Assembly (NCBI RefSeq): GCF_006345805.1
Contig: NC_043013.1
Span: forward strand, 13,764,001 to 13,828,000
Length of the DNA stretch: 64,000 nt
Reading direction: 5' to 3'
DNA from: Octopus sinensis
Taxonomy: Eukaryota
The notes under the pieces were generated by a model. The model was not told where the DNA came from and did no database searches. It saw only the letters and a program-made list of their open reading frames with translations. A program made the position numbers and the translations under genes. Below are positions 63,475 to 64,000 of the stretch, piece after piece (positions within the stretch are counted from its first letter, which is position 1; the number at the start of each line of letters is the position of its first letter).

Positions 63475-64000
63475 GGCACCCAACAATTCTTCACATGACA
63501 GTTCAGCACTGACAATTTCATGCATGACAATTCACCACATCTTTTCCATTTTGAAATTAATAATAAAATCCATTTAATAAGGTGTGCTTGTGTGCTTTCT
63601 GTGATAAACTCCACTACATAGGGCTTGTTTTTTTTATTTTAAAATTAGCAAATGTTTGTAGCTAACTGAAATCCTGAAAAGGAAAAAACATACCATCCTA
63701 TGTTTGCAAAATAACAGTAAGGAAATGTTATATTTGTATTAATAACAAAAATGGTTTGGGGACTGTTAATAATTGAAAATGCTGTATAGCCCTACCAGTC
63801 ACTGTATGGTGACTGGAAAAGTGTAAGAGTATCAGTTCATAGCATCATCTGCCTAGTATCTGTGACCAAAGAGGAGATAACTACACCAAAATGCTAGCAT
63901 CTCACAGTCTAGGTAGGTGGCGCTGCATGACAAAATGCAGTTAGTAGCTTGTTTCCCAGTTCAAATGTGCATCAAGCATATTCGGACTGATAGTAACATT
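63475..64000 (+). mobile_element. Possible MULE/Mutator remnant
   Basis: Repeated GACA(A/G)TTCA motifs near the left end, and AA*QNAVSSLFPSSNVH resembling MULE AAxNA..vFP; very degenerate. Confidence 0.35.

Overview
Eukaryotic, AT-rich, repeat-dominated DNA. The SINE/RTE/CR1 families and dense (TA)n arrays suggest an Octopus-like cephalopod (inference). A 100-N assembly gap lies at 43792-43891. The only host gene I can support is a + strand TRPM-family channel gene, absent from the ORF track because its exons are short. Six exons splice in frame with GT-AG (2945-2990, 6805-6845, 11929-12013, 14450-14627, 19509-19672, 23887-24061) and give the TRPM N-terminus/MHR1-2 (SLOG) region: WIEENI, PCDAFG, LLISVIGG, AWIITEG, LGIAPW, LDPNHSHFILVDDGT. 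After the gap four more microexons (45413-45444, 57627-57654, 58976-59007, 63028-63079) splice in frame with each other. They sit in introns homologous to those around the first three TRPM exons. The main result is a tandemly duplicated two-exon module (B exon phase 0-2, A exon phase 2-0) derived from the TRPM N-terminal exon pair. Its coding sequences have diverged almost beyond recognition (10/32 nt between B2 and B3) while their flanks remain 77-90% identical, and frame is preserved in every copy. The rest is transposon-derived: Gypsy, CR1 (two families), RTE, Tx1/L1, R4/Dong-like, Penelope, mariner, maT, hAT, Chapaev3-like, MULE-like and SINEs. A cluster at 27.5-38.7 kb alternates retroelements with (TA)n and includes two fold-back duplications. 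Identities were counted by hand; no database search was run.
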